A model generated the notes under the pieces. It saw only the letters and a list, made by a program, of their open reading frames with translations. It ran no database searches and had not been told where the DNA came from. Shown here piece by piece: positions 1 to 12,769 of a DNA stretch of 64,000 bases (position 1 is its first letter; each line of letters begins with the position of its first letter). The stretch comes from Hypanus sabinus (lineage: Eukaryota): contig NC_082712.1 in the NCBI RefSeq assembly GCF_030144855.1, positions 11,718,001-11,782,000 of the forward strand, given 5' to 3'. A program made the position numbers and the translations under genes.

Positions 1-1129
1 ATGGGCTGAATGGCCTTTTATCCCTCCTGTCCCTCATATTCTATTTGACTGCTGGAGTTACCGATAGCTTTGGACAGCCCTGTTTAAGACACAAATCAAC
101 CTCCCCTCATTTGACTTCATCCACACTCTCTGCTACCTCAGTAAAACACCATCCACACTGGCCATTCCCTATTCTCCCCTCGCCTATCGAGAAGAAAATA
201 CAAACGTCTGAAAGCACATACCATAGGCTCAAGGACAGCCCACTGTGACCAAACTCTTGAACAGACCTCTCTTACACTGAAGGTGATATCACTTTATAAA
301 ATTTATTTTCAGATATGGCACGGTAACGTGACCCTCCAGCCCTACAAGCTCACGTGGCCTGTTACACCCATGTGACTAATTAACCTACTGACTCGTAAAT
401 CTTCGGAATGTGGGAGGAAACCGGAGCATCCAAGGAAGCACACAAGAATTGTGTATTTAGTGTTTCAGTAACATTGTAAATATATTGTATGATTAAGCAT
501 TCTTTGTTACTTAAATAATTCATTATTGGTTATGTGTAGAAGTATGTGACTGGCATACGTCATCACGCCAGCATGACATGTGCACCTCGCTTAAAGTGAA
601 AACCAAAGTTAGACTTGTATTCCTGACTCTCTTGTTTTCCTTTCAATTAGTATTATGTTTTGGAGCTACAAATCAGACTAATGGGGAGAACTCCTTGCAG
701 ACAGCAGCCCAAATGAACCCAGGTAACTGGCAGTGTAATAGTGCTATGCTAACCACTATACTACTGTGTCAACTCCCCCCACCCCCTCCCCTCCAGTAGC
801 TTTTATACTTCCTGCATTGATATTGTTTTGCCTTGTTCTACCTCAGTCACTGTGTAATGAACTGATCTGTATGAACAGTGTGAAAGAGAAGCTTTCAATG
901 TATATCAGTGCATGTGACAATAGTAAACAAATACCAACACTTTCTCCCCCCAATCTGACATGGGATCAAAATGCCCTGAATCACCATCCCCTTGTTAAAT
1001 TCCATTTGCCATTCCCTTGCCCACTATCCTGAGATAGGTACCTCCGATCGGCATTGGTTCTGCTTGGACTTTCTCTTGTTAGAGATGACTGTCATCTGAC
1101 AGTTGACTCCTCTTTTGCAATGGAGCCCC

Positions 1130-1370
1130 CTCTCAGGGTGGAGGAGCAACATCTCATATTCTGTCTCAGTAGCCTCCAAGCTGTTGACACAGATATTGAT
1201 TTCTCCTTCGGATAATTTTCCCTCCCACTTCCCTCTTCTTCTATTCCCCGCTGTGGCTTCTTCCCTCTTCTCTTCACCGAACTATAATCCTTCCCTTTCT
1301 CCTATGGTCCGCTCTCCTCACCTGTAGGATTTCTTCCTCCCCACCTGGATTCATCTATTGTTCTACCTTT
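1130..1370 (+). mobile_element. Penelope-like element 3' fragment
   Basis: Encodes a decayed RVEEQHLIFCLSSLQAVDTDIDFS, resembling the C-terminus of GIY-YIG Penelope ORFs, followed by a CT-rich tail. Confidence 0.5.
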
Positions 1371-1384
1371 TGGAGAAGGAAGTC

Positions 1385-4300
1385 AGAGGATCAGATCGGG
1401 AGTGCGGTGGGAGCCATTTTTTCTTCTTCTCATCGGAGTTAAGAGAGGCGGGACAGCGCAGGTGGGTGACTTCAGGCAGTGAAGCGGGGAAGATTTAAAA
1501 AGGACACAGCCTTAAACAGCGGGCAGCGGAGTGAGCCGTGAGCAGAGTGTAGGCTTAAGGGCTGAATGGGCGAGGCAAAGTAGGTTTAGGTTTCAGTTTT
1601 TCCTTTTATTTGAGGAAAGAGGGAAATATGAGCTTGAGGGCAGCTTGTTCTTCCCAGTGTCGGACGTGGGGGGTCCTGGAGTCTCCTAGCATCCTGGACG
1701 TCCACATCTGTGCCAGGTGTGTAGAGCTGCAGCTGCTAAGGGACCGTGTTAGGGAACTGGAGCTGCAGCTCGATGACCTTCATCTGGTCAGGAAGAGTGA
1801 GGAGTTGAGTTACAGGCAGGTGGTCACACCGGGACCACGGGAGGCAGACAGGTGTGTCACAGTTAGGAGGGGGAAGGGGAAGAGTCAGGTACTAGAGAGT
1901 ACACCAGTGGCTGTAACCCTTGACAATAAGTGCTCCTGTTTGAGGACTGTTGGGGGGGGGGTGGAAACAGCCTACCTGGAGGAAGCAACAGTGGCCGTGC
2001 CTCCAGCACAGAGTCCAGTCCGGTAGCTCAGAAGGGTAGGGAAAGGAAGAGGAAGGCTGTAGTAATAGGGGACTCAACAGTTACGGGGTCAGATAGGTGA
2101 TTCTGAGGACGAAATCAAGAGACTTGGATGGTAGTTTGGCATACTGGTGCCAGGGTCCGGGATGTTTCTGATCGTGTCCAACATATCCTGAAGTTGGAGG
2201 ATGAGGAGCCAGAGGTCGTGGTACATATAGGTACCAATGACATAGGTAGGAAAAGGGAAGAGTTCCTGAAAGGAGAATAGAGGCAGTTGAGAAGAAGGAC
2301 TGCAAAGGTAGTAATCTTGGGATTACTGCCTGTGCCACACGACAGTGAGAGTAGGAATGGAATGAGGTGGAAGATCAATGCGTGGCTAAGGGATTGGGGC
2401 AGGGGTCAGGGATTCAAGTTTCTGGATCAATGAGACCTCTTTGGGGGCAGGTGTGACCTGTACAAAAGGACAGGTTACACCTGAATCCTAGGGGGACCAA
2501 TATACTGGTGGGGAGATTTGCTAAGGCTACTTGGAAGACTTTAAACTAGAATGGTTGGGGGGTGGATTCAATTTGAAGAGACGAGGGGAGAGGAGTTTAG
2601 TTCACAAATAGAGAAAGCTAGTAGACCGTGTGTGAGGGAGGATAGGCAGGTGATAGAGAAGGGGAGCGCTCAGACTGAAGACGCAGGGAAGAAAGAAGAA
2701 AAAATAATAAAGTTGTTTGTACCATTAGGGATAACAGAGAGGAAGAGGTGAGAGATTTTCTTAAATGCATCTGCTTTAATGCTAGAAACATTGTAAGAAA
2801 GGTGGATGAGCTTTGAGCATGGATTGATACCTGGAAGTATGATGTTGCAGCTATAAGTGAAACATGGTTGCAGGAGTGGTGTGTTTGGCAAATAGATATT
2901 CCTGGATTTTGTTCCTTCAGGTGTGATAGAATCGGAAGGGCAAGAGGCGAGGTGTTGCATTGCTTGTCCGAGAAAATATTACAGCGGTGCTTTGGCAGGA
3001 TAGATTAGAGGACTCGTGTAGGGAGGCGATTTGGGTGGAATTGAGGAATGGGAAAGGTGTAGTAACACTTATAGGGGTGTATTATAGACCATCTAATGGG
3101 GAGCGAGGATTGTAGGAGCAAATTTGTAAGGAGATAGCAAATATTTGTAGTAAGCACAAGGTTGTGATTGTGGGAGATTTTAATTTTCCACACATAGATT
3201 AGGAAGCCCACTCTGTAAAAGGGCTGGATGGTTTGGAGTTTGTAAAATGTGTGCAGGATAGTTTTTACAGCAATACATAGAGGTACCAAAAAGAGAAGGG
3301 GCAGTGTTCGATCTCCTGTTAGGGAACAAGATAGGTCAGGTGATGGAGAGATGTGTTGAGAGCACTTCGGGTCCAGTGATCACAATGCTATTAGTTTCAA
3401 TATAATTATGAAGGATAGGACTGGACCCATGGTTGAGATTTTTGATTGGAGAAAGTCTAACTTTGAGGAAATGTGAAATGATTTAGAAGGAGTGGATTGG
3501 GACAATTTGTTTTATGGGAAGGAGGTAGTAGAGAAATAGAAGTCATTTAAAGGTGAAACTTTGAGGGTACAGAATCTTTATGTTCTTGTTAGATTGAAAG
3601 GAAAGGTTAATAGTTTGAGAGAGCTATGGTTTTCAAGGGATATTGGAAGCATGGTTTGGAAAAAGAGAGAGATCTACAATAAATATAGGCAGCATGGAGT
3701 AAATGAGGTGTTCAAGGAATATAAAGAATGTAAAAAGAATCTTAAGAAAGAAATTAGAAAAGCTGAAAGAAGATATAAGGATGATTTGGCAAGTAAGGTG
3801 AAAATAAATCTGAAGGGTTTCTGCAGTTACATTAATAGCAAAAGGATAGTGAGGGATAAAATTGGTCCCTTAGGGAATCAGAGTGGACAGCTATGTGTGG
3901 AGCCAAAAGAGATGGGGGGAGATTTTGAACGATTTCTTTTCATCTGTATTCACTAAGGAGAAGGATATTGAATTGTGTAAGGTAAGGGAAACAAGTAGCA
4001 TAGTTATGGAAACTATGATGATTAAAGAAGAGGAAGTACTAGAGCTTTTAAAGAATATAAAAGTGCATAGTCCTGACAGGATATTCCCTTGGACCTTGAG
4101 GCAAGTTAGTGTGAAATGGCAGGGAGTCTGACAGAAATATTTCAAATGTCATTATAAATGGGGATGGTCCTGGAGGATTGGCATATTGCTCATGTGGTTC
4201 TATTGTTTAAAAGGGTCTCTAAGAGAAAATCTAGCAATTATTGGCCTCTAAGTTTGATGTCAGTGGTGGGTAAGTTAATGGAAAGTATTCTTAGAGATGG

Positions 4301-5595
4301 TATATATCATTATCTGGGTAGACAGGGTCTGATTAGGAGCAGTCAACATGGATTTGTGCATGGAAGGTCATATTTGACAAATCTTATTGAATTTTTTAAA
4401 AGCACTTACTAGAAAGTGGATGAGTGTAAAGCAGTGGATGTTGTCTATATGGACTTCAGTAAGGCCTTTGACAAGATTCCACACAGAAGGTTAGTTAGGA
4501 AGGTTCAATCATTAGGTATTAACATTGAAGTAGTAAAATGTATTTAACAGTGACTGGATGGGAGATGCCAGAGAGTAGTGGTGGATAGCTGTTTGTCATG
4601 TTGGAGGCTGGTGACTAGTTGGTCCAATGTTGTTTGTCATATGCATTAATGATCTGGATGATGGGGTGGTAAATTAGATTGGTAAGTATGCAGATGATAC
4701 TAAGATAGGTGGCGTTGTGGATAATGAAGTAGGTTTTCAAAGCTTGCAGAGAGATTTAGGCCAGTTAGAAGAGTGGGCTGAAAGTTGGCAGATGGACTTT
4801 AATGCTGATAAGTGTGAGGTGCTACATTTTGGTAAGACTAATCAAAATAGGACATACATGGTAAATAGAAGGGCATTGAGGAATGCAGTAGAACAGAGTG
4901 ATCTAGGAATAATTGTGCATAGTTTCCTGAAGGTGGATCTCATGTGGGTAAGGTGGTGAAGAAAGCTTTTGGAATGCTGGCCTTTATAACTCAGAGCATT
5001 GAGTATAGGAGTTGGGATGTAATGTTTAAATTGTACAAAGCATTGGTGAGGCCAAATTTGGAGTATTATGTACAGTTCTGGTCACCAAATTATAGGAAAG
5101 ATATCAAAAATTAGAGAGTACAGAGGAGATTTACTAAAATGTTACCTGGGCTTCAGCACCTAAGTTACAGAGGAAGGTTGAACAAGTTAGGTCTTTATTC
5201 TTTGGAGCACAGAAGGTTGATGGGGAACTTGATAGAGGTATTTAAAATTATGAGGGGGTTAGATAGGGTTGATGTGGTTAGGCTTTTTCCATTGAGAGTA
5301 GGAGAGATTCAAATAAGAGGACATGAGTTGAGAGGCAAAAGTTTAGGGGTAACACGAGAGGGAACTTCTTTACTCAGAGAGTGGTAGATGTGTGGAACAA
5401 GCTTCCAGTGGAAGTGGTAGAAGCAGGTTCAATTTTGTCATTTAAAAAAATTTGGATAGGTATATGGACAGGAAAGGAATGGAGGGTTATGGGCTGAGTG
5501 CAGGTAGGTAAGACTAGGTGAGAGTAAGCGTTCAGCATGAACTAGAATGGCCAAGATGGCCTGACTCTGTGCTGTAATCGTTATATGGTTATATA
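1385..5595 (+). mobile_element. Near full-length, degraded CR1 LINE (ORF1 zinc finger + esterase; ORF2 APE + RT)
   Basis: ORF1 CSSQC...HICARC and GDSxV/HIGTND esterase motifs. ORF2 fragments include NYWPLSLMSVVGK, SQHGF and KYADD-like motifs, with many stops and frameshifts. 3' tail gttatatggttatat. Confidence 0.9.
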
Positions 5596-5604
5596 GTAAT
5601 ATCT

Positions 5605-5860
5605 TCTCCCATGTTCTTACTTCACCCCCGCCCCCACCCACCTGGCTTCACCTATCACCTTCTGGCATGGCCTCCTTCCCCTCCCCCCACGTTCTTATTC
5701 TGGCATCTTCTCCCCCTTTCTTCTCAGAGCTGCAGAAGGGCCTCAGCTCGAAACATCGACTATTATTCATTTCCACAGATGCTGCCTGACCTGCTGAGTT
5801 CCTCTGGCATTTTGTCTGTGTTGCTCTGGATTCCAGCATCAGCAGAATCTCATGTCTGAC
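5605..5860 (+). mobile_element. Penelope-like/short interspersed repeat end
   Basis: Contains the gatgctgcctgacctgctgagttcc motif that recurs at 33860, 58280 and 60340. Confidence 0.5.
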
Positions 5861-6034
5861 AGTAGCATTGTGAATGCATCACTTGCCACTTCTCAGCCCG
5901 TGCACAGACATTGTCGGAAACTTGCATGCAAGTGCTGTTTCACTTACCAAGGAGCCGGTAACAGAAGGGAACAATGCACACGGTAGGCTTATTCAGAACA
6001 TGGGATCCAGGGCCTATACTATTCTATGTTGACA

Positions 6035-7242
6035 TATCAGGAGCAGACATGGAATGGACCCAAATGCAGGACACAGGCACTGAAGTACTAGGTGTAGGAC
6101 AGGATGGGAATGCCATGGCATGCAAGGGTAATGCAGGCAGGGCTGGATCTCGGAGTTCATGACAGACAGGAGGATCCCAGAGTTAGTGGCGGACAGGAGG
6201 ATCCCAGAGATAGTGGCGGACAGGAGGATCCCAGAGATAGTGGCGGACAGCAGGATCCCTGGGGCGGGCACATAACTCCTGGGCAGGGCCGCCTCCCAGG
6301 CAGGAACATGGAGGCCTGGGCAAGACACAGAACCCTGGGCAGGTGCGGGCACAAACCATAGGGAGCAATGGGTGGAAATGGTCGGAGTCCTCAGGACGGG
6401 CCACGTGGATCCCAGACAGGGCCACCTCCCAGGCAGAAGCACGGAGGCCTAGGGAAGGCACGGACACCTGGGCAGGTGTGGGGCACAACCCATCGGAAAG
6501 AGGGGAGGAAAGGGTAGGAGTCCTCAAGGAGGGCCGCATCCTGGGCAAGACTGCCTCCCAGGCAGAGACACGGAGGCCTGGGCAATGTACGGACACATGG
6601 GGATGTGCGGGGAACAACCCGTCTGAGGTGAGGGGTAGAAAGGGATGGAGTCCTTCTGCTAGGCAATGGCAGACGGCCTGGCTTCCCCGACGGAGGCGAG
6701 GGGCAGGAAGGGCAGAACCACCCGTAGGGTAATGGCAATGGCCTGGCTTAGCTGGGTGAGGCGAGGGAACAGACGTGATCTGGGTCCAGGATGAGCAGCA
6801 GGACTACCATGATACACCGGTAAATTGGGAAAGGCAACCGACAACGTGACAGCATGGGCAAGGCGAATAAGGCGGAACAGCGGGACCAGTGCACATGAGA
6901 GAAGCAGGGGAACAAGACCAGATACAGAGCAGGCCGGCAACCAGAGCAGAACAGGATTCTGAGCAGCCCGGCAACCTGAGCAGAGCGGGATTCGGAGCCG
7001 GCGGACCAGGTGCGGAGCTGGTTAAACCAGCTTCAGAGCAGGATGACCGCCCCCCCCCCCATCTAGACTCAGTCCCCGAGCCCCTTATAAACACCTGCCC
7101 CCTAATAGGCGACAGGTGTGCCTCGTTAAGCCAAGATGATGCAATGGTTTCGTGTGACAGGAGGGCTGGCTGCAGGCCCGGATTCCGGAGTCTGCGGACT
7201 GGAGCAAGACCCGGAAGGCAGGCTCTGGACCAGACCCTAACA
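6035..7242 (-). mobile_element. Solo-LTR-like GC-rich element with internal tandem repeats
   Basis: Starts TGTTAGGG on the minus strand and ends ...tcctgcatttgggtcc...tgata. Flanks tgaca/tgata give an imperfect 5-bp TSD. No coding domains. Confidence 0.5.
6172..6262. repeat. 27-bp tandem repeat (~3.5 copies)
   Basis: Unit gacaggaggatcccagag(a/t)tagtggcg. Confidence 0.85.
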
Positions 7243-7359
7243 TGATACCCTTCAGTCAACATCTCCCTCTGATCTTGCAAAGGAAGATAGGGCTCTGAGG
7301 ACAGAGGGCTTTCCACTCCCCCCATGCAATTTCTCCTCTCTACAGCTGTTGGAAGCCAG

Positions 7360-7825
7360 TGTAATGAGATCTGAAGGATTATACAATATGGACTGTTCCT
7401 TTAAAAAGAGAGAGAGAGCAGAAAGCATGTGTGCTATTTCAGCGAGAGAGAGATCAACAAAAGCCTGCGAGTTACCTAGGAAACAGCAAGGTGGAACTAT
7501 ATGATGGACAGCTGGTGTTCAGCACTTGTGGAATATATACAAGGTCAACTGGCTTTGTAATCAGACACACCAAAGACTCAAGGAAGACACTGACTGTGGC
7601 TGAGCTTTGTGTGCCCACAACAAAGGTGGGTTTTGCTCAGAGTGTGGACAAAGGGGTGACCGGTGGAAAGCTATCAGTGTGTTTATCCCTTGTCTTGGTT
7701 GATAGCTTTACTGTGGGAAACTGGCACTCTCTTTTGTAAGGTCACATTCGGTGACTTTAAAAAGTTTCGGGAGCAGGAGGATGACATGCAAGTTTCGACG
7801 ACATCAGCACTGGGAAGACAAATCA

Positions 7826-7861
<36 letters not shown>

Positions 7862-8155
7862 CCCCCTCCCTCTCTCGCTCTCTCCAATCTATTCAATTAA
7901 ATATCCAGAATTGAACTGACTTCATACCTGTACCTTTGTAAGACTGTATCAATTCACCACCTAAGATTGAAGAAATTTGGGAACTTTATTTACTCACTTA
8001 CATATGCATTTACTCTGCTAAACTGTTTGCCTTATCTTGTTTTATATTACTTTATCACATAGTTATTAATAAAATAGTGTTTATAACAGAAAACTCAGAC
8101 TCCCGGTGTGTCTGTTTCTGCTGGTCCTTTTTAACCTGTTACATGGTACGTATCA
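7360..8155 (+). mobile_element. Solo LTR related to the Gmr1-type LTRs
   Basis: Starts TGTAATG and ends tttaacctgttacatggtacgtatca, similar to the ends at 9540-9566 and 27965-27993. No TSD found. Confidence 0.55.
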
Positions 8156-8858
8156 TCAAATTTTCTTTTTATTTAACAATAGAAGTTCTAACAGTTTGTT
8201 TATTTCTCACTGAGCTTCTCATTCACCTTTTGCTGAATTTCTCAATCCTTGGACTTTTATTTGGATCATCAAAAGGTGACTCCTTTGATGCTGAACTTCC
8301 TTTAACTGGGTTACGGTGGTGCCAAAGGATCTGTTTCTATCTTGTATTGCTCAGTGACTCTATGAAGCAATCTTCCAGGTGAGTTTGGAAGATAAATATG
8401 CCTTGTACAGTAACATGAAGGTATAAGTCTCACAAGGTTTGGATATGGCCCAAGTGCGGAGCGAAAGACACTGAATCAGATCGATAGTTCACAGACTTTA
8501 ATGCAAACCGTGTTATTGGGAAAAGAAAACAGTAAACACTAGGCCAAACAGGACCATTAACTGAAACTCTGAAATGGAAAATGTAGCCTACACTGAGAAT
8601 GAAAAGAACAATGAAGAATAACGCGAATACTACTAGCCTTCAGAGTCAGTTGACTCGACAGTCCAATTTATCAGGCAAGGTGGAATGCAAGGAGGCATCC
8701 AATCATAGCTGTGTCCAAGACTTGACACATACTATGACAGAATGAATGGAGTGTTATGGGGTCCAGAAATGACCCTAATGACCCTAGTTTGTGATGGGAT
8801 CCAGAATTAACCCTATGAACTGTGCTGCTATTAAGAGCGAAAGAGAGGCATCCAATGC

Positions 8859-8859
<1 letters not shown>

Positions 8860-8931
<72 letters not shown>
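8860..8931. repeat. (GA)n microsatellite inside the Gmr1 5' LTR (shorter counterpart at 27252-27293)
   Basis: Direct dinucleotide run. Confidence 0.95.
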
Positions 8932-9570
8932 CTGATAGAAAGATTGATGTTATGGTTTCTCTACAAGCTTGTTTACCTTTCCACAAAGACACTTGCCTAC
9001 TTGTAAAATTCTTACAGAGAGAGGAGGACGAAGCAGGTTGATGGATAGCAGGTGTCCAAAATGTGCAGATAAAAACAAGTTCTGCTGATACAGCCAGCCA
9101 CACGGTTTTAGGTACTGAACGAGTTTTTTGCATCCACAGGAAGGTGGGGTTTATGGAGTATCAATTCAGGGAAATGGATCAGTGGCTCTTGCAGTATGAA
9201 AAAGTGTGTCATAGTCAGTGACTACAACAGGGCTTCGGAAGACAACGGGAAGATAGACGGCATCAGCTCACCTCTCACCTCTCCCTCTCTCTCCAACGTT
9301 ACTCAAGTAACTACCTCGAACTGAACTGAACTTGCTTCATCATCGTAAGACTATATCCATCCACCCCAGGTTTGAAAGAGCCTAGTTTTGTTCCTATTTC
9401 CACACTCATGTAGATATATATCATTGCTAACCTGTTTGATATGTCTGCATTTATAGCACTGTATTGCATAGTAACTAATAAACGCTATTGATTAATAGCA
9501 ATCCCAGACTCCAAAATGTGTTTTCCATTGCTGCTGTTTCTTTAACCCGGCACGGGGTACGTACCAAAAT

Positions 9571-9588
9571 TGGGGGCTCATCCGGGAT
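9571..9588 (+). other. tRNA-Pro primer binding site of the Gmr1-like element
   Basis: tgggggctcatccgggat lies just after the 5' LTR and matches TGGGGGCTCGTCCGGGAT with one mismatch. Confidence 0.8.
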
Positions 9589-9670
9589 TTGAACAAATGT
9601 GTGGAGGCTTGTTCGAATTGATTTGGAGAAAATCCCTTATTTGATTTGGTTGTGTGGAAAAACAGCATAA

Positions 9671-11106
9671 ATGTATGTTGAGGGTTTTCTAGAAAGACCA
9701 GACCCTACGCCCTTAAAGAAAGCTAAAAAGGAAGTGTTGTGGGAAGTTGTTGATGCATTGAGATTGAAAAAGGTCAAGAAGGGTATGACAAAGGCAGAAA
9801 TTCAACTGAAAGTAGCTGCAAATTATATCTTGGCAAAGGAATTTGATGAGGAGGCGTTAGAGGGCTTTCCTATAGGGAAAGGGGAAGTCCAGGTACATCT
9901 GAAGTTAGAGGAGCTTAAGTAAGAGGCTGAAGAAGCAGAAGAGTAGAGAAAAGAAGCAGAAAGACAGAGACAGTTCCAGAGAGAGAGAAATGACAACATG
10001 CAGAGCACGTGGCATACCGTGGGGAGAGGTTTAATGTCAGTTGAAAATTAAATTGATACCTCCATTTGAGGAAACATTAATCGATAAGTACCTCCTGGAC
10101 TTTGAAAAAGTGGCCATAAATCAGCACTGGCCATGAGATAAGTGGGCTGTGTTGTTTCAAAGTGTATTAAGGGGAAGGCTCAATGAGCATATTTGGTGTT
10201 GTCCACAGCAGACGCAAATGATTATGATGAAGTGAAAGGTGTTATACTTAAGGCTTATGAGTTGGTTCCAGAGGCATATTGACAAAAGTTCAGAGATTTG
10301 AGGAAGCAATGGAACCAAACCTTTGTGGAGTTTGCCTATGAGAAATGTGTGTACTTTGATCATTGGTGCACTTCAGAAGAGATGGGTGAGGATGTTGGCA
10401 AATTGAGGGAGTTGGTTTTGATTGAAGAATTTAAAAATTGTGTCACTGACAACATAAGAATATACCTGAATGAGAAAGAGGCTAAGACCCTGTCAGAATC
10501 TGCTAAGTTAGCAGACGAGTATGCTTTAACCCACAAGGTAGAGTTTTTCCCGAGCAACAGCTATCAAAAGGGTAACAGGGATAACAGAGATAGCCCACCG
10601 ACAAAGCCAGAAAGTAAGCTGGGGACTAGCGACAAAGGTAAGGAGGAAGAGAAGCAGTCGGGAGAAAAGTTCCCCAGTTTAACGTGTTTCCATTGTGGGA
10701 AGCCCGGTCATGTAGTGTCTAGGTGTTTCACTCAAAAAACAGATGAGGGAAAAGGAAAGGCGACAACCCCAAATGCCTGTATCAAGCCGGTTAAAATACC
10801 GCTGAGGAAGGAGGGGTCAGGCCGAGTTCAAGAAGCATGCAAGAGATTTATTTTGAATGGGTTTGTGTCTGTAAAGGAGGGGTTAACCCCAGTTCCAATG
10901 AGAATCTGGAGAGATAGTTTTAGTCATTAATCTTAAAGAGTGTTTTGGAATTTGGTGTTGAGACAGAGACTGGTGAAGTGAACGTTATCAAAGGTATTGG
11001 AAAAGGGACTGAGGCCATACCTTTGCATAAGATAATTCTGAAGTGCAACTTGGTATCCAGACCAGTCACAATAAGGGTGCAATCTGAACTACCAATAGAC
11101 AATGTT
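9671..11106 (+). pseudogene. Gmr1 gag (SCAN-like region, CCHC knuckle) and start of protease
   Basis: LIPPFEE..FEKVA region, LRELVLIEEFKN and CFHCGKPGHVVSRC. Contains stops. Interrupted at 11106 by L1. Confidence 0.8.
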
Positions 11107-11251
11107 GGGGGGACGTCACGTGATGACATAGGGGCGAGACGTTGGGAATCCAGCTCCCTGGTAACAAGTAATGAAATAGGGTTTAAATGAAGAAGAATTA
11201 ATAAATATCTACTAGAAACTATTTATAAGTAACTCAGGATTATTTTTGGAT

Positions 11252-12211
11252 ATGGCTCCTAAACCAAAACTGAAGAAAGCTACTACTTTGAAGACTACGC
11301 AAATTGGCGGGGAAAAAGGCCTAACCACCTGGGCGAAGCCTCGGACTCAAGTTGGATCTCCTCCCGGCGAAGTGCATGGCACTTCTGATGATGCGGGACA
11401 GGAAATTGCAGCAATGTCAGCGGTCTCTAAGAAGAAACGGCAAGAACAATGCACGCGCAAAGAAACAAATATGCATGAACAGATATTTACAAAATTACAA
11501 ATCCCAACTATGGCTGGAAGTGAATCAGAAGTGGAATCAGACTCTTTGGGAAATACAGAGGATGAAGAAGAGGAAAAGAAGAAAGAGATTAAAGGAGACA
11601 TAAGCGATATCCTGATATATATGATGAATGAATTAAAAGCTATAAGAACAGATATAAGAAGGATGCAGAATACACTTGATAATGTTTTGGAAAATCAAAA
11701 GAAGATGGTTAATAAAGTTAAAGAGATGGAAGTAAAAATGGAACAAAACACTGAAAGAATAGATCAGATAGAAGACAATAATCTTGCCTGGACATTAGAA
11801 AGAAAATGGATGTTGGAAAAAATAGATGTGCTTGAAAACTCTAGTAGACGAAATAATATTAAAATTATTGGTCTTATGGAAGGTACAGAGGGAGAAAATC
11901 CAATAAAATTCTTCCAAGAATGGATTCCGAAAAATTTGGAAATGAAAGAAGGAACCCAAGTAATTGAAATTGAAAGAGCACACAGAGCTTTAAGACCAAG
12001 ACCTCAACAAGATCAAAATCCAAGATCAATTTTGATAAAATGCTTAAGGTTTCAAGATAAAGAAATGATCTTGAAGGCAGCTACTCAAGGTGCTAAAAAG
12101 AGAAATGGACCATTGATAATAGAAGGGAAAAGAGTTTTTTTTTATTCAGACATAAGTTATGATCTTCTGAAGAGGCGGAAGGAATTTAATCCAGTGAAAA
12201 AATCTTTATGA
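11252..12211 (+). CDS. L1 ORF1p (coiled coil + RRM), apparently intact
   Basis: LENSSRRNNIKIIGLMEG...IERAHRAL...PRSILIK motifs typical of L1 ORF1p. Confidence 0.85.
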   Translation: MAPKPKLKKATTLKTTQIGGEKGLTTWAKPRTQVGSPPGEVHGTSDDAGQEIAAMSAVSKKKRQEQCTRKETNMHEQIFTKLQIPTMAGSESEVESDSLGNTEDEEEEKKKEIKGDISDILIYMMNELKAIRTDIRRMQNTLDNVLENQKKMVNKVKEMEVKMEQNTERIDQIEDNNLAWTLERKWMLEKIDVLENSSRRNNIKIIGLMEGTEGENPIKFFQEWIPKNLEMKEGTQVIEIERAHRALRPRPQQDQNPRSILIKCLRFQDKEMILKAATQGAKKRNGPLIIEGKRVFFYSDISYDLLKRRKEFNPVKKSL

Positions 12212-12769
12212 GAAAAGGGCTATAAATTTTTATTGAGCTACCCAGCAAAATTGATAATTTTCCTGTATAACGAAGAAAGAAGATTTTTCGTTGATTACCA
12301 GAAAGCGGAGAAATTTGTACAAGAATTACCTGATGTCCACGAAGGGGAGTAAAGAATTATAGAAATGAAGTGGACTAATGATGAAGACTGAAATAAGGTT
12401 GGACTTGACGGACATTTATAAGGAAAACAAAAATAGTTGAGGAGTATTAATTGGGAGTAGAGACATTGATTATTTTTTTTTTCTTCACTAATGTATTTTC
12501 TTTCTTTTTTTTGTGGGGGAGCTGGAGGAGCTCCGGATCGATGGCTGCGAGGTTCACGTGTACAATCATGGCAATTGCCATGACCCGTAAAATGGGGGGG
12601 GGGGTAATGTTGTGTTCTTTTTATTCGCAACATTAGTAGGGGGGGGGGTATTTTGTTTTTTTTCTTATATATTTGTTACCTTTTGTCTATTTTCCTTCTT
12701 TTTTGCCTGGTTGGTTGGGGAGAGACTCATAGCAACATGGAGAATTTCAAAGAGTTCCCAAGGTATTAT

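Noticed and set aside
5940-6030. Strong minus-strand donor TTG|GTAAGT at 5943-5948
   Set aside because: No convincing acceptor or partner exon.
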